In this document: positions 19,500 to 29,556 of the stretch, piece after piece
Layout: every line of letters begins with the position of its first letter
Position numbering within the stretch: position 1 is the stretch's first letter
The notes under the pieces: model-generated
What the model was told of the DNA's origin: nothing
Seen by the model: the letters and a program-made list of their open reading frames with translations, nothing else
Database searches by the model: none
Assembly: GCA_965279035.1 (NCBI GenBank)
Contig: OZ257142.1
Coordinates: 2,624,001-2,688,000 of the forward strand
DNA: 64,000 bases
Direction: 5' to 3'
DNA from: Bacteroidia bacterium
GTDB taxonomy: Bacteria > Bacteroidota > Bacteroidia > M30B66
Made by a program: the position numbers and the translations under genes

Positions 19500-20684
19500 T
19501 CAACTAAAAGGCAGTTCAATAGAAAGCTCCTTGGCAATTTGCTGAATTAAATCAATCCGATATTGGTAAGGCAATTCGCTCAACTTCATCGTTCCACTCA
19601 CCAATTCAGTCATTGTTTTTTCATTCAAAAAATAAGAAGCTGCAAATTCACCATAACGTTCTATCAAAACATTTAAAATCAAACGGTAACTCGAATCAAC
19701 CACTCCAGCAATGCGCTCACGTTCTTTCGCCTGTTGCTCGCGCTGTTCAGGAGATAAATGATTTCCCGGATTGCGTTTCAACAAACCTTTTTCTGTTGCT
19801 ACTGTTTGCGCTTTGTCAATTATCTCTTGCAACTGTCGTTTAAAATCGAGCGTTTTCACCCGAGGATTTAAGCCTTTTTGATTCATCCAATTGGACAATA
19901 TCTCCGGCTTAAATACCACATCCATCGCTATCTCCTTTGGAATAACTTGATAACCTGGCTTATTCATCTCCTGCGCATACTGATCGCGCAAACCCAAAAC
20001 AGCATTGTACACATGCAACTGAAATGGTGGCAACTTCTTCGAATCTTCTTTATTCGCAAAATGACCAGCTGGCTTCTCATCTACTCGATACGCATCCCAA
20101 GCAGCGTTTTCTTCTTTCAACCAAGCACTTAGCCCTTTTTGCATGGCTTGCATCTGCAATTCATCCTTCAATTCAATCAAATGCGCCACATCACTTGCCG
20201 CATATTTTAATTGTGCATCACTCAACGGACTTCGTGTCCAATTCGACTTCTGCTGCGATTTATCCAACTGAACTCCAAGGATGTCTTTCAATAAATTCGA
20301 TAAAGAAAATGCTCCATAATTCAAGATGCGCGCACTGCGTTCTGTATCAAATAGGTTCTTGGGAAAACAGTCCATTTTATGCAACAACTGCAAATCTTCT
20401 CCGGGCGAATGCAACACTTTCAATATCGTTTCATCTTCCAATAAATCGAAAATCGGCCCGAAATCAAGTCCAACAAATGGATCAAACAAATAACAAATGC
20501 CCTTACCATAAATCTGAATTAAGCAAAGTGTAAATCCATACGCATACCGGTCGCGATCAAATTCCAAATCAATCGCAATCTCTTTACAGCTTCCTAGAAC
20601 AACGGCAGCTTGCAACATCGTTGACTGATTTTGAATATACTGGTAACTTGAAAATTGCTCCACGCTTTGGCTTTGAACGCGCAA
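19500..20684 (-). CDS. rnd: Ribonuclease D-like 3'-5' exonuclease with HRDC domain
   Basis: IAIDLEF, LCLIQI, FDTE, QKSNWTRSPLS..QLKYAASDV; start codon uncertain. Confidence 0.85.
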   Translation of the reverse strand: MRVQSQSVEQFSSYQYIQNQSTMLQAAVVLGSCKEIAIDLEFDRDRYAYGFTLCLIQIYGKGICYLFDPFVGLDFGPIFDLLEDETILKVLHSPGEDLQLLHKMDCFPKNLFDTERSARILNYGAFSLSNLLKDILGVQLDKSQQKSNWTRSPLSDAQLKYAASDVAHLIELKDELQMQAMQKGLSAWLKEENAAWDAYRVDEKPAGHFANKEDSKKLPPFQLHVYNAVLGLRDQYAQEMNKPGYQVIPKEIAMDVVFKPEILSNWMNQKGLNPRVKTLDFKRQLQEIIDKAQTVATEKGLLKRNPGNHLSPEQREQQAKERERIAGVVDSSYRLILNVLIERYGEFAASYFLNEKTMTELVSGTMKLSELPYQYRIDLIQQIAKELSIELPFS

Positions 20685-20941
20685 TATACCCGTATTTCAA
20701 ATTCAGCGATGTTTCTCCAATTTTCTTTCTCTTTTTGGGTGGTGCCCAGGCTATCGCTGCCAGGCAGGACAAGGCATTCATCTACCTCAATCCATTTTTC
20801 AACAGCATCGTTTATAAATATTTCTTACCTGCCTGTACACTCTATCCTTACCACTTCCTGCTCATTTTCTAATTGTATGCTAGCAACAATCTATTTAGGA
20901 ACTATTCAAAATTGATATGCTCATACAAGATTCTTCCTGCT

Positions 20942-20949
20942 TACCTTTG
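20942..20949 (+). promoter_or_regulatory. Bacteroidota -7 promoter box TACCTTTG for mutL operon
   Basis: TAnnTTTG 11 nt upstream of the mutL ATG. Confidence 0.6.
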
Positions 20950-20960
20950 CCGCCCTTGTT

Positions 20961-22784
20961 ATGGCCGATATTATCCAGCTTCTTCCCGAACACGTTGCTA
21001 ACCAGATTGCTGCTGGAGAAGTAATTCAACGCCCAGCCAGTGCCGTTAAGGAACTCATGGAAAACGCCGTTGATTCGGGAGCTAAAAACATCCAACTCAT
21101 TGTCAAAGATGGCGGTCGTACACTCATTCAAGTAATCGACAACGGCTGCGGCATGTCCGAAATCGATGCCCGAATGGCTTTCGCACGACATGCTACTTCT
21201 AAAATTCGACAAGCTGACGATCTTTGGGCTATTCGCACTATGGGTTTTCGTGGTGAAGCAATGGCTTCAATTGCTGCTGTTGCTCAAGTGGAAATGCGCA
21301 CCCGACTTACTGGTGAAGAATTAGGAACACTCCTCGAAATTGAAGGTTCTGAAGTTAAACGCCAAGAAGCCATTGCCTGTCCCGAAGGAACTTCCATTTC
21401 CATCAAGAATCTCTTTTTCAACGTTCCTGCTCGACGTAATTTCCTCAAAAGCAATCCGGTCGAAACCAAACACATCTTGGATGAATTCCAACGTGTGGCA
21501 CTCGCATTTCCCGATATCGCTTTTTCACTCATCAATAACAAACAAGAAGTGTATCGACTCATGCCCGGTACATTCAAACAACGGATTGTAGGATTATTTG
21601 GACAAACTTGGAATGAACGTCTCATTGCAGTGAAAGAAGAAACAACAGTTGTCACCATAACTGGTTTTGTTGGAAAGCCCGATGCTGCTCGCAAAACTAG
21701 AGGAGAGCAATTCTTCTTCATCAACAATCGCTTCATCAAAAATTCCTACCTCAACCACGCGGTTCAAGGTGCTTTTCAAGGCCTCATTCCTGGAGATAGT
21801 TTTCCGGTGTATTTCCTTCGCTTCGAAGTCGATCCCAAAACCATCGACATCAACATTCACCCAACCAAAACCGAAATCAAATTCGAGGACGATCGATCTG
21901 TTTATGCCATTTTACGTTCGGCTGTTCGTAAATCGATTGGAGCATTTTCACTTTCTCCCACACTCGATTTCGAAACGGAGCAAGCTTTTGAAATTCCGCT
22001 TCCACACAACCGCGAAATCAAAGCACCTGAAATTCAAGTCAATCCCGATTATAATCCATTCAGCAATCCACGTCCAGCTCCGGTAGAAAAACACGATCAA
22101 CTTCGTAAACTAAGCCAAGCTCGTTGGGAAGAGCTGGCTGGACCACCAACCGAACTCATCTTTCCACAAAACCAAAAGCCAAGTAAGCCAAGTAAACCAA
22201 CCGAAACACCCGAAAAAACTCAGCCTTGGCAACTACATGGAAAATATGTGTGCACCCAAGTGCGCAGTGGCCTCATGTTAATCGATCAAGCAGGTGCTTT
22301 CGAACGCATTCACTTTGAACGTCTGCTCAAACAAAAAGCAGAAAGTGGACATCATGGTGTATCTCAGCAATTGTTATTTCCTGTAGTAAAGGAATTTTCC
22401 GCTCCCGATTTTGAACTTATCCGCGCTTTAGAACCCGAACTTCAAGCACTCGGTTTCGACTTCGAAAATTTTGGTAAAACAGCAATCGCGGTCAATGGAG
22501 TTCCTCCCGAAGTTCAAGACCTCGATATTAAAAACCTATTCGATTCTTTGTTGGAACAATTCAAACGGAGCCAACAAGATTTAAAACTCAACCGTGCCGA
22601 ACAATTAGCTAAAACATTGGCATCCAATGCTGCACGTTCAGCTTCGGGCAACATCAGTCCCGAAAAAATGTCGGTCTTAATTGATCAACTTTTTGCCTGC
22701 GAAACACCAGCATTTACTCCGAATGGTAAATCAATCATTACCATTATTCCACTCGATGAACTAGATGCACGTTTCACACGTTGA
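20961..22784 (+). CDS. mutL: DNA mismatch repair protein MutL
   Basis: NQIAAGEVIQRPASAVKELMENAVD, HATSKI, GFRGEA, DINIHPTKTE, DQ...ERI. Confidence 0.98.
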   Translation: MADIIQLLPEHVANQIAAGEVIQRPASAVKELMENAVDSGAKNIQLIVKDGGRTLIQVIDNGCGMSEIDARMAFARHATSKIRQADDLWAIRTMGFRGEAMASIAAVAQVEMRTRLTGEELGTLLEIEGSEVKRQEAIACPEGTSISIKNLFFNVPARRNFLKSNPVETKHILDEFQRVALAFPDIAFSLINNKQEVYRLMPGTFKQRIVGLFGQTWNERLIAVKEETTVVTITGFVGKPDAARKTRGEQFFFINNRFIKNSYLNHAVQGAFQGLIPGDSFPVYFLRFEVDPKTIDINIHPTKTEIKFEDDRSVYAILRSAVRKSIGAFSLSPTLDFETEQAFEIPLPHNREIKAPEIQVNPDYNPFSNPRPAPVEKHDQLRKLSQARWEELAGPPTELIFPQNQKPSKPSKPTETPEKTQPWQLHGKYVCTQVRSGLMLIDQAGAFERIHFERLLKQKAESGHHGVSQQLLFPVVKEFSAPDFELIRALEPELQALGFDFENFGKTAIAVNGVPPEVQDLDIKNLFDSLLEQFKRSQQDLKLNRAEQLAKTLASNAARSASGNISPEKMSVLIDQLFACETPAFTPNGKSIITIIPLDELDARFTR

Positions 22785-22832
22785 ACACGTTCTATTTCCT
22801 CGATTGATCATGCATTTTTTTAATTTAGCCCC

Positions 22833-23669
22833 ATGAATTCTGGTTCTTCTTTTTCTGTTACCCCTATTGTTCGTGCAATTATAATTCTGTGTGTAGCGCT
22901 CTGGCTATTAACTATTGGAGGTTCAGAGATGGGTATTAACCTAACCAATTACCTCGGTCTCTTCAATTTCAATTCTTCTAATTTTCGTCCTTGGCAGTTG
23001 CTTACTCATCTGTTCATGCACGATACCAAAGAACCCTTCCACTTATTCTTTAACATGTTTGGTTTGTGGATGTTTGGTTCAAGTCTCGAGCGTTTTTGGG
23101 GATCTAAAAAGTTTCTCATCTATTTTCTCATCACTGGAATTGGAGCCGGTGTAGTTCAAACTACAGTCACTAGTTTTCAATTAGAACCGATGCAAAATGC
23201 AGCAAGTGCTTATGCAACGTATCCTAATTACGATTCTTTTCAAAAATTCACTTCCAACTATTTACCGGGTTCATACGACAATGAAGAACTCAACGAATTC
23301 TTAAAAGCTTGGTATTACGACCCGAACAATCCGGGCTATATTTCAGAATCGAAACAGCTTGTAAGTGAAGTGTGCCAAATGCGTCAAAACACCGTGAATG
23401 TTGGTGCATCAGGTTCATTGTATGGTTTATTACTTGCCTTTGGGATGATTTTCCCTAATGTGATGATCATGATGTTGATTCCACCCATTCCAATGAAAGC
23501 CAAGTATTTTGTAATGGTGTTTGGTGCCATCGAACTATTCTCTGGACTACGAAATAATGTGGACGATAACGTAGCTCACTTTGCCCATTTAGGTGGAATG
23601 CTCTTCGGAATCATACTTATTTTACTCTGGAAAAAACAAGATCGAAACCGTAACGTTTTCGAACAATGA
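22833..23669 (+). CDS. Rhomboid family intramembrane serine protease
   Basis: WQLLTHLFMH, HLFFNM, GASG catalytic Ser, AHFAHLGG. Confidence 0.95.
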   Translation: MNSGSSFSVTPIVRAIIILCVALWLLTIGGSEMGINLTNYLGLFNFNSSNFRPWQLLTHLFMHDTKEPFHLFFNMFGLWMFGSSLERFWGSKKFLIYFLITGIGAGVVQTTVTSFQLEPMQNAASAYATYPNYDSFQKFTSNYLPGSYDNEELNEFLKAWYYDPNNPGYISESKQLVSEVCQMRQNTVNVGASGSLYGLLLAFGMIFPNVMIMMLIPPIPMKAKYFVMVFGAIELFSGLRNNVDDNVAHFAHLGGMLFGIILILLWKKQDRNRNVFEQ

Positions 23670-24541
23670 GTCAAGCGCGTGTTTTATGGGCAACCTCAGG
23701 TGCAGGTGTCCGATTGATTATCATCAATGTTTTGGTTTTTGTGCTGGTGTTTGTGCCCATCTCGGTGCTTCACCTACTCAAAATGGATGCAGTTGGCGGG
23801 CTCATCATGGAACAGCTCGAGCTTCCGGGTAATTTAATGCGTTTGCTTTTCAAACCTTGGACAATCATAACTCATCTCTTTGTTCATCGTGGATTGATGC
23901 ATATTTTATTCAATATGCTCACCCTGTTTTTTACCTATCAGCTATTCTCAAGGTATTTTGAAGATCGACGTTTTATCAATGTCTATTTCGTAAGTGGATT
24001 TGCTGGTGCGCTTACGTTTTTATTATCAGTCAATCTATTTCCACTTTTCACTGGAATCGAGCATTACTATTCTGCTGTTGGTGCTTCAGCTGCTGTGATG
24101 GGCACTCTGATTGCCATTTGTACCTATCGCCCCGACGATGAAGTATTTCTCTTTGGCGCATTTAAAATGAAATTGCGTTGGCTTGCCTTAATCTTTGTCC
24201 TTCTCGATTTAATTTCCATTAGCAGCGGCAACGAAGGTGGACATCTGGCTCATTTAGGTGGTGCCCTTTTCGGATTTATTTGGGCGATGAATTTGAAAAA
24301 TGGAAACGATATCGCAGCATTCTTCAATCATGTTCAAGATTTCTTTCAATTCAATAAACCCAAGAAATCGAAATTAAAAGTGACTCACAAACGTCCAATG
24401 AAAGACGAAGATTGGAATATCAATAACAAAGCAAAACAAAAACGTATCGACGATATATTAGATAAGATTTCCCGTTCGGGCTACGACAGTCTGAGCAAAG
24501 AAGAAAAAGCCCTACTTTTCGAACTTAGCAAGGACAAGTAA
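23666..24541 (+). CDS. Rhomboid family intramembrane serine protease with C-terminal soluble extension
   Basis: HILFNM, GASAA, GHLAHLGG; C-terminus IDDILDKISRSGYDSLSKEEK. Confidence 0.95.
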   Translation: MSQARVLWATSGAGVRLIIINVLVFVLVFVPISVLHLLKMDAVGGLIMEQLELPGNLMRLLFKPWTIITHLFVHRGLMHILFNMLTLFFTYQLFSRYFEDRRFINVYFVSGFAGALTFLLSVNLFPLFTGIEHYYSAVGASAAVMGTLIAICTYRPDDEVFLFGAFKMKLRWLALIFVLLDLISISSGNEGGHLAHLGGALFGFIWAMNLKNGNDIAAFFNHVQDFFQFNKPKKSKLKVTHKRPMKDEDWNINNKAKQKRIDDILDKISRSGYDSLSKEEKALLFELSKDK

Positions 24542-24542
24542 T

Positions 24543-26063
24543 TTGAGTATCTACATCAAAAAATACCGTTGGAAACTTTGGCTTGCTGTAATGGCAGTCT
24601 TGATCATTGCAGCCTCGCTTTGGTACACCAATGAATTAGTAAAAAAGGTATCCAAAGAAGAACGTAAGAAAGTGGAATTGTGGGCAGATGCTGTTCGCAA
24701 TCGAGCCGAGTTAGTAAAGTACACCGAAAGTTTATTCGATCGCCTAAAAACCGAAGAGCGCAAACGTGCCGAAATCTGGGCTCAAGCAACTCAGAATTTA
24801 AGTACAACCGAAGATGACGATGCCCGTTCTTTCTACCTTAAAGTAGTTTCTGAGAACAATACAATTCCAGCAATTATTGTTGATCAGCAAAATCGTGTCA
24901 ACTACATTACCAATGCCGATACTGCCGGTTTCGGAAAATCTGAATTTTTCACTGGGAAAGTAAAAGCTGCTTTTTCAGATCATCGTCCCATCGTAATTGA
25001 TGATGGTTTCTCCAATACCTTTTTCATCTACTACCAAGACTCGCGCGTTTTTAGTGAACTACGCGAAGTTCTAGACAATATCATCAAATCCTTCATTTCC
25101 GAAGTTGTTGTTAATTCGGCGAGCGTTCCTGTAATCGTTGTTGATAAAAGGAAACGTCATGTGATTGCATCAGGAAACCTCGATCAGAAAATCGTTTCCG
25201 ACACTAGTGCGATGCTTAATTTAACGACAAGCATGGCTTCCGAAAACACACCTTTGGAGATTGAATTGCCTGATTATGGAAAATGTAGCATATACTACCA
25301 AGGCTCGTTTTTGCTTACACAGTTAAAGTATTATCCGGTTATTCAGTTTACCGTGATCGCCTTGTTTATGGTCTTGGCTTATTTCCTTTTTAATTTCTCA
25401 CGCCGAGCAGAACAAAATCAAGTTTGGGTTGGTATGTCTAAGGAAACGGCGCATCAATTAGGCACACCACTTTCGAGTCTTATTGCATGGATTGAGATAT
25501 TGCGCATGAAAGGCATCGATGAAGAAACCTTGGGCGAAATGGGCAAGGACATCAAACGCCTTGAAATCATTACCGAACGCTTTTCTAAAATTGGCTCTAA
25601 ACCAGAACTCAAACCGCAAGATTTAGAACAAGTTCTTGAGGAAAGTATTGGTTATATGCGACCTAGAACTTCACGTAAGATTAGTATTGATCTGTTTAAT
25701 CTTTTACCTAATGATGATCGGATCATTGTGAAGCTCAATGTTCCTTTATTCGATTGGGTGATTGAAAATCTATTTCGCAATGCGATTGATGCCATGGAAA
25801 CTTCGGGGTCTTTGGAAGTGCATTTTGGTTTGAAGGGCAAATTCGCATATATCGATGTAGCCGATACGGGAAAAGGAATTGTTAAATCGAAATTGAAAAC
25901 CGTTTTTCAACCAGGTTATACAAGTAAGAAACGTGGTTGGGGATTAGGATTATCATTAGCAAAACGCATCATCGAAGAATATCATAAAGGGAAGATTTTT
26001 GTTCGTAGATCAGAAATTGGAAAAGGAACTACATTCAGGATATTGCTACCTATTTCCGAATAG
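24543..26063 (+). CDS. Sensor histidine kinase (Bacteroidota ETAHQLGTP type)
   Basis: WVGMSKETAHQLGTPLSSL, NAIDAM, GYTSKKRGWGLGLSL; TTG start. Confidence 0.93.
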   Translation: MSIYIKKYRWKLWLAVMAVLIIAASLWYTNELVKKVSKEERKKVELWADAVRNRAELVKYTESLFDRLKTEERKRAEIWAQATQNLSTTEDDDARSFYLKVVSENNTIPAIIVDQQNRVNYITNADTAGFGKSEFFTGKVKAAFSDHRPIVIDDGFSNTFFIYYQDSRVFSELREVLDNIIKSFISEVVVNSASVPVIVVDKRKRHVIASGNLDQKIVSDTSAMLNLTTSMASENTPLEIELPDYGKCSIYYQGSFLLTQLKYYPVIQFTVIALFMVLAYFLFNFSRRAEQNQVWVGMSKETAHQLGTPLSSLIAWIEILRMKGIDEETLGEMGKDIKRLEIITERFSKIGSKPELKPQDLEQVLEESIGYMRPRTSRKISIDLFNLLPNDDRIIVKLNVPLFDWVIENLFRNAIDAMETSGSLEVHFGLKGKFAYIDVADTGKGIVKSKLKTVFQPGYTSKKRGWGLGLSLAKRIIEEYHKGKIFVRRSEIGKGTTFRILLPISE

Positions 26064-26092
26064 TTCCTTTCAATTTTCATTCATCACCCATC

Positions 26093-27205
26093 GTGCTTTA
26101 TCTCCATATTCCATTTTGCAAACAGGCTTGTACGTATTGTGATTTTCACTTTACAACCTCGGTGCGTTATAAATCGGAATTGGTAGATGCCTTGATTCGG
26201 GAAATGGAAATTCGTTCCGAAGAAATTCAACCAGAGCTATCTTCTGTTTATTTCGGTGGAGGAACTCCTTCTCAACTTTCTGCATTCGAATTGGAAAAAC
26301 TCCTGTCGTTTATTCAAAAACGGTTTGGAATTTCGAATACAGCCGAAATCACCTTAGAAGCCAATCCCGACGATTTATCCAAAGACAAACTACTCGAGTT
26401 AAAATCATTAGGAATAAACCGCTTAAGTATTGGCGTGCAGTCCTTTTTCGACGAAGATCTTCATTTCATGAATCGAGCACATCGGGCAGATGAAGCGATG
26501 CAATGCATTGATCTTGCTGCACAATCAGGCTTCGATCAAATCAGCATCGATTTAATTTATGGAACTCCCGGTTTAAGCGATTCACGTTGGATTGAAAATC
26601 TCCGAAAAGCAGCATCTTTCCCTATCAATCATCTTTCGTGTTATGCGCTCACCGTTGAACCCAATACGCCTTTAGCCAAAGGAATTCGATTAGGAAATTA
26701 TCTAAATCCAGAAGAAGAACAAGCTGCTCATCAGTTTGAAATACTGCAGAAAATGGCTCCAGAACTTGGATTTGTGCATTATGAAATCAGCAATTTATCA
26801 CGTGGAAATCAGATAGCCGTTCATAATTCATCCTATTGGAAAGGAAACTCCTATGTTGGAATTGGTCCTTCTGCTCATTCATTTGATGGAAAAACCCGTC
26901 GTGTAAATGAAGCAAATAATACCCGCTACATTCGTGGATTAATTCATGGTGATTGTCCTAACGTACTGGAAGTAATAGATAAGAAGACACGATACAACGA
27001 ATTGGTTTTGACTGGATTGAGAACGATCAATGGCATCAATAAAATAGCGCTCATACAATTAGGCAAAGAGAGTATTCAGTATTTTACTAAGGCTCGAAAA
27101 AACCTTCCTGATCCAAGCATCATTACTGAAACCGAAACTGCTTTTACTTTAGCCCCAAGTTCTTGGTTATTTGCCGATGGAATTGCTAGTCGATTATTTC
27201 AATAA
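26093..27205 (+). CDS. hemW: Radical SAM haem chaperone HemW
   Basis: LYLHIPFCKQACTYCDF, YFGGGTPS, HYEISN, HNSSYW. Confidence 0.92.
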   Translation: MLYLHIPFCKQACTYCDFHFTTSVRYKSELVDALIREMEIRSEEIQPELSSVYFGGGTPSQLSAFELEKLLSFIQKRFGISNTAEITLEANPDDLSKDKLLELKSLGINRLSIGVQSFFDEDLHFMNRAHRADEAMQCIDLAAQSGFDQISIDLIYGTPGLSDSRWIENLRKAASFPINHLSCYALTVEPNTPLAKGIRLGNYLNPEEEQAAHQFEILQKMAPELGFVHYEISNLSRGNQIAVHNSSYWKGNSYVGIGPSAHSFDGKTRRVNEANNTRYIRGLIHGDCPNVLEVIDKKTRYNELVLTGLRTINGINKIALIQLGKESIQYFTKARKNLPDPSIITETETAFTLAPSSWLFADGIASRLFQ

Positions 27206-27257
27206 GTGTTTTTAAAGAAATTTCTTGAATTGAACTGGCATTTATTATTTTTAACGC

Positions 27258-27740
27258 ATGAGTACATCAGCCGATAAATTAGATGCGATAGATTATAAAA
27301 TCCTAAAACTTCTTCAAGAAGATGGAAGGATGACGAACTTGGAATTAAGCAATCAAATAGGCCTCTCGCCTGCTCCAACGCTCGAACGCGTAAAGAAATT
27401 AGAAAAGCAAAAGTTCATCGATGGCTATCATGCGCGCTTGAATAAAACCAAACTCAAATTGGGAGTTAGTGTTTTCATTGAAGTGAGTTTAGCTCGTCAG
27501 GTAGAAAATGTGATTAACAAATTCAAAGACCGCATTATGGGCATTCCCGAAATCATGGAATGTTACCAAATAACCGGAAATGCCGATTATCTCTTGAAAG
27601 TTCTTGTTCAAGATATTCCTGCATTCGAAAAATTAATTGCCGATCAGTTTTCAAAAATGGAAGAAGTTCGCCACGTTGAAACCATGTTAATCATCTCCGA
27701 AATAAAACAATCCCGAACATTACCACTGAAATATGATTAA
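27258..27740 (+). CDS. Lrp/AsnC family transcriptional regulator
   Basis: LDAIDYKILKLLQEDGRMTNLELS..IGLSPAPTLERVKKLE; ECYQITGNADYLLKV. Confidence 0.95.
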   Translation: MSTSADKLDAIDYKILKLLQEDGRMTNLELSNQIGLSPAPTLERVKKLEKQKFIDGYHARLNKTKLKLGVSVFIEVSLARQVENVINKFKDRIMGIPEIMECYQITGNADYLLKVLVQDIPAFEKLIADQFSKMEEVRHVETMLIISEIKQSRTLPLKYD

Positions 27741-27747
27741 ACAGCTG

Positions 27748-27812
27748 CCTTCGACAAGCTCAGGCAGCGACTTTCTCAAGCAGCGTTTTCCGCTCCCTGA
27801 GCTTGTCGAAGG
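27748..27812. repeat. REP-like inverted repeat CCTTCGACAAGCTCAGG ... CCTGAGCTTGTCGAAGG
   Basis: Perfect 17-bp arms (27748-27764, 27796-27812) directly after the Lrp stop; degenerate relative at 57588-57637. Confidence 0.85.
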
Positions 27813-27850
27813 GAGCACTCTCATACATAATTATAAGAATCATCTGGCTA

Positions 27851-27986
27851 GCTCCCCGGAATGAATTCCAGGGATGCGAGATTAAGTAAATCAACATATG
27901 AGAAAAACAATCATCAGCCTTCATTCATCATCATACCTGCTCCCCGGAATGAATTCTGGGGATGCGAGATTAAGTAAATCAGCATA
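27851..27986. repeat. Two 48-bp direct repeats, each with an internal imperfect palindrome
   Basis: GCTCCCCGGAATGAATTC[CA/TG]GGGATGCGAGATTAAGTAAATCA[A/G]CATA at 27851-27898 and 27939-27986. Confidence 0.85.
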
Positions 27987-27994
27987 GTAAAACA

Positions 27995-28178
27995 CAAGCA
28001 CATTTCCCGATAGCTATCGGGACCATCAGCACACCAGCATATTAATCATCAGCACATCAATAATCAGCAAACCAGCACATCAATAATCAGCACATTTGCA
28101 CATCATTCACCAACACATCTCCCGATAGCTATCGGGATCATCAGCACACTAGCACATTATTAATCAGCACACCAACAT
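27995..28178. repeat. Two perfect 18-bp palindromes TCCCGATAGCTATCGGGA within degenerate CAGCACA(T/C) tandem repeats
   Basis: Palindromes at 28005-28022 and 28120-28137; many cagcacat/cagcacac/cagcaaac units around them. Confidence 0.85.
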
Positions 28179-28179
28179 C

Positions 28180-28524
28180 ATGAACATCGAAGAAATCCGT
28201 GAATTCAGCTTGAGTTTGCCTCATGTAACAGAAGATTTCCCCTTTGATGAATACACGCTAGCACTTCGTATTGGTGGGAAAATATTTTCGCTCATTCCTT
28301 TGGAAAAAGGTGGTCAAATGAATTTAAAATGTGATCCCGAGCGAGCAATCAGTCTTCGAGAAGAATATACTGCCATTGAACCAGGATATCATATGAGCAA
28401 AACCAATTGGAACACGGTTCACTTTGACGCGTTGCCTTCAGAATTAATCAAAGACCTCATTCAACATTCCTATAATTTAGTATTTGCAAGCCTTACTCGA
28501 AAAGTCAAAGAGAGTTTAATATGA
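28180..28524 (+). CDS. MmcQ/YjbR family protein
   Basis: TEDFPFD, GKIF, NLKCDPE..LRE.Y..I.PGYHMSK..WNTV. Confidence 0.92.
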   Translation: MNIEEIREFSLSLPHVTEDFPFDEYTLALRIGGKIFSLIPLEKGGQMNLKCDPERAISLREEYTAIEPGYHMSKTNWNTVHFDALPSELIKDLIQHSYNLVFASLTRKVKESLI

Positions 28525-28847
28525 ATTGGCTCCTTCTCTTAATCGCCGGTCTTTTCGAAGTTGGTTTTGCAACATGCCTAGGGAAAGCAAAAGAATCAAC
28601 AGGGAATTCTGCTTTATTTTGGATGATTGGATTTTTCATCTGTCTTTCAATCAGCATGAGTTTATTGTATAAAGCAAGTCAAACAATCCCCATTGGAACT
28701 GCTTATGCTGTTTGGACTGGAGTTGGCGCCGTTGGAACAGTCATTATTGGACTATTATTATTTAAAGAACCAGCAGATGTTTGGAGAATATTTTTCCTCT
28801 GTACACTCATTGCTTCGATCATAGGATTGAAGGTTGTAAGCCACTAA
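28521..28847 (+). CDS. SMR family small multidrug efflux transporter (SugE/Gdx-like)
   Basis: WLLLLIAGLFEVG, IPIGTAYAVWTGVGAVG; four TM segments. Confidence 0.92.
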   Translation: MNWLLLLIAGLFEVGFATCLGKAKESTGNSALFWMIGFFICLSISMSLLYKASQTIPIGTAYAVWTGVGAVGTVIIGLLLFKEPADVWRIFFLCTLIASIIGLKVVSH

Positions 28848-28891
28848 AACTTTCGCCGATTGGCTTACATTTGCAGCATATTATTTTGTAA

Positions 28892-29470
28892 ATGAATCCT
28901 GTCAGTAATTTTTTCCGCCGATTATTTCGTCGTTTTACCAGTTATTTCCTAAAAGGTCTTGTGTTAATTGTTCCCTTAGGAATTACTGTTTATGTTGTAT
29001 ATAAAGTATTTATGTTTCTCGATGGACTTATACCGTATGAAGTTCCAGGAGTAAGTATTTTGATTATCATATTTGGCACTGCATTTCTTGGTCTCATTGG
29101 TACTGCACTCATCCAAACTCCACTTAAATCACTCTTCAACAAAACAATAGATCGTGTTCCTCTCATCAAAGTAATTTATACTTCTGTTCGAGATATGCTC
29201 GCTGCTTTTGTTGGGAATGAAAAACGATTCAATAAACCAGTCATGGTCAAAGTAGGACGAGATTCTGATTTGTATAAATTGGGTTTTGTTACTCAAAAAG
29301 ACCTCAGCTATTTAGGTATTAAAGAAGGAAAATCGGCGGTGTATTTACCTCATAGCTATAATTTTTCGGGTAATTTATTTATTGTAGACAACGATTTGAT
29401 TACTCCGATTGATGCACCATCTGATGAAATAATGAAGTTTATTGTTTCTGGTGGAATTACTCGAATATAA
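28892..29470 (+). CDS. DUF502 family membrane protein
   Basis: YFLKGL..VPLGIT, PLIKVIYTSVRD, LGFVT, VYLPHSYNFSG, FIVSGG; TACATTTG box at 28866-28873. Confidence 0.9.
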   Translation: MNPVSNFFRRLFRRFTSYFLKGLVLIVPLGITVYVVYKVFMFLDGLIPYEVPGVSILIIIFGTAFLGLIGTALIQTPLKSLFNKTIDRVPLIKVIYTSVRDMLAAFVGNEKRFNKPVMVKVGRDSDLYKLGFVTQKDLSYLGIKEGKSAVYLPHSYNFSGNLFIVDNDLITPIDAPSDEIMKFIVSGGITRI

Positions 29471-29556
29471 ATTGAATTGAATTGATCGAAATAATTTCTT
29501 TAGAGCTATTTCCTTTTTCTAATTTCCCCGATTAACTTTACCACTTAGCCTTTTCT

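Noticed and set aside
20700-20840. Possible structured RNA or degenerate Flavo-1-like remnant between rnd and mutL
   Set aside because: Only short complementary patches (CAGCGAT/ATCGCTG, CAGGCAGG/CCTGCCTG); too weak to call.
21284-22086. ORFs 21284-21739 (-), 21667-22086 (+) and similar 60-170 aa ORFs overlapping long genes (e.g. 13186-13620, 20024-20533, 61625-62041, 62771-63205)
   Set aside because: Shadow or alternate-frame ORFs inside well-supported genes, with no recognisable motifs.
27741-28179. Possible CRISPR array
   Set aside because: Each repeat type occurs only twice, spacing is irregular, the intervening DNA is itself low-complexity, and there are no cas genes.
28480-28530. Guanidine riboswitch upstream of the SMR gene
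   Set aside because: The SMR gene overlaps the preceding CDS, leaving no leader; I saw no ykkC-type motif upstream of the pair.
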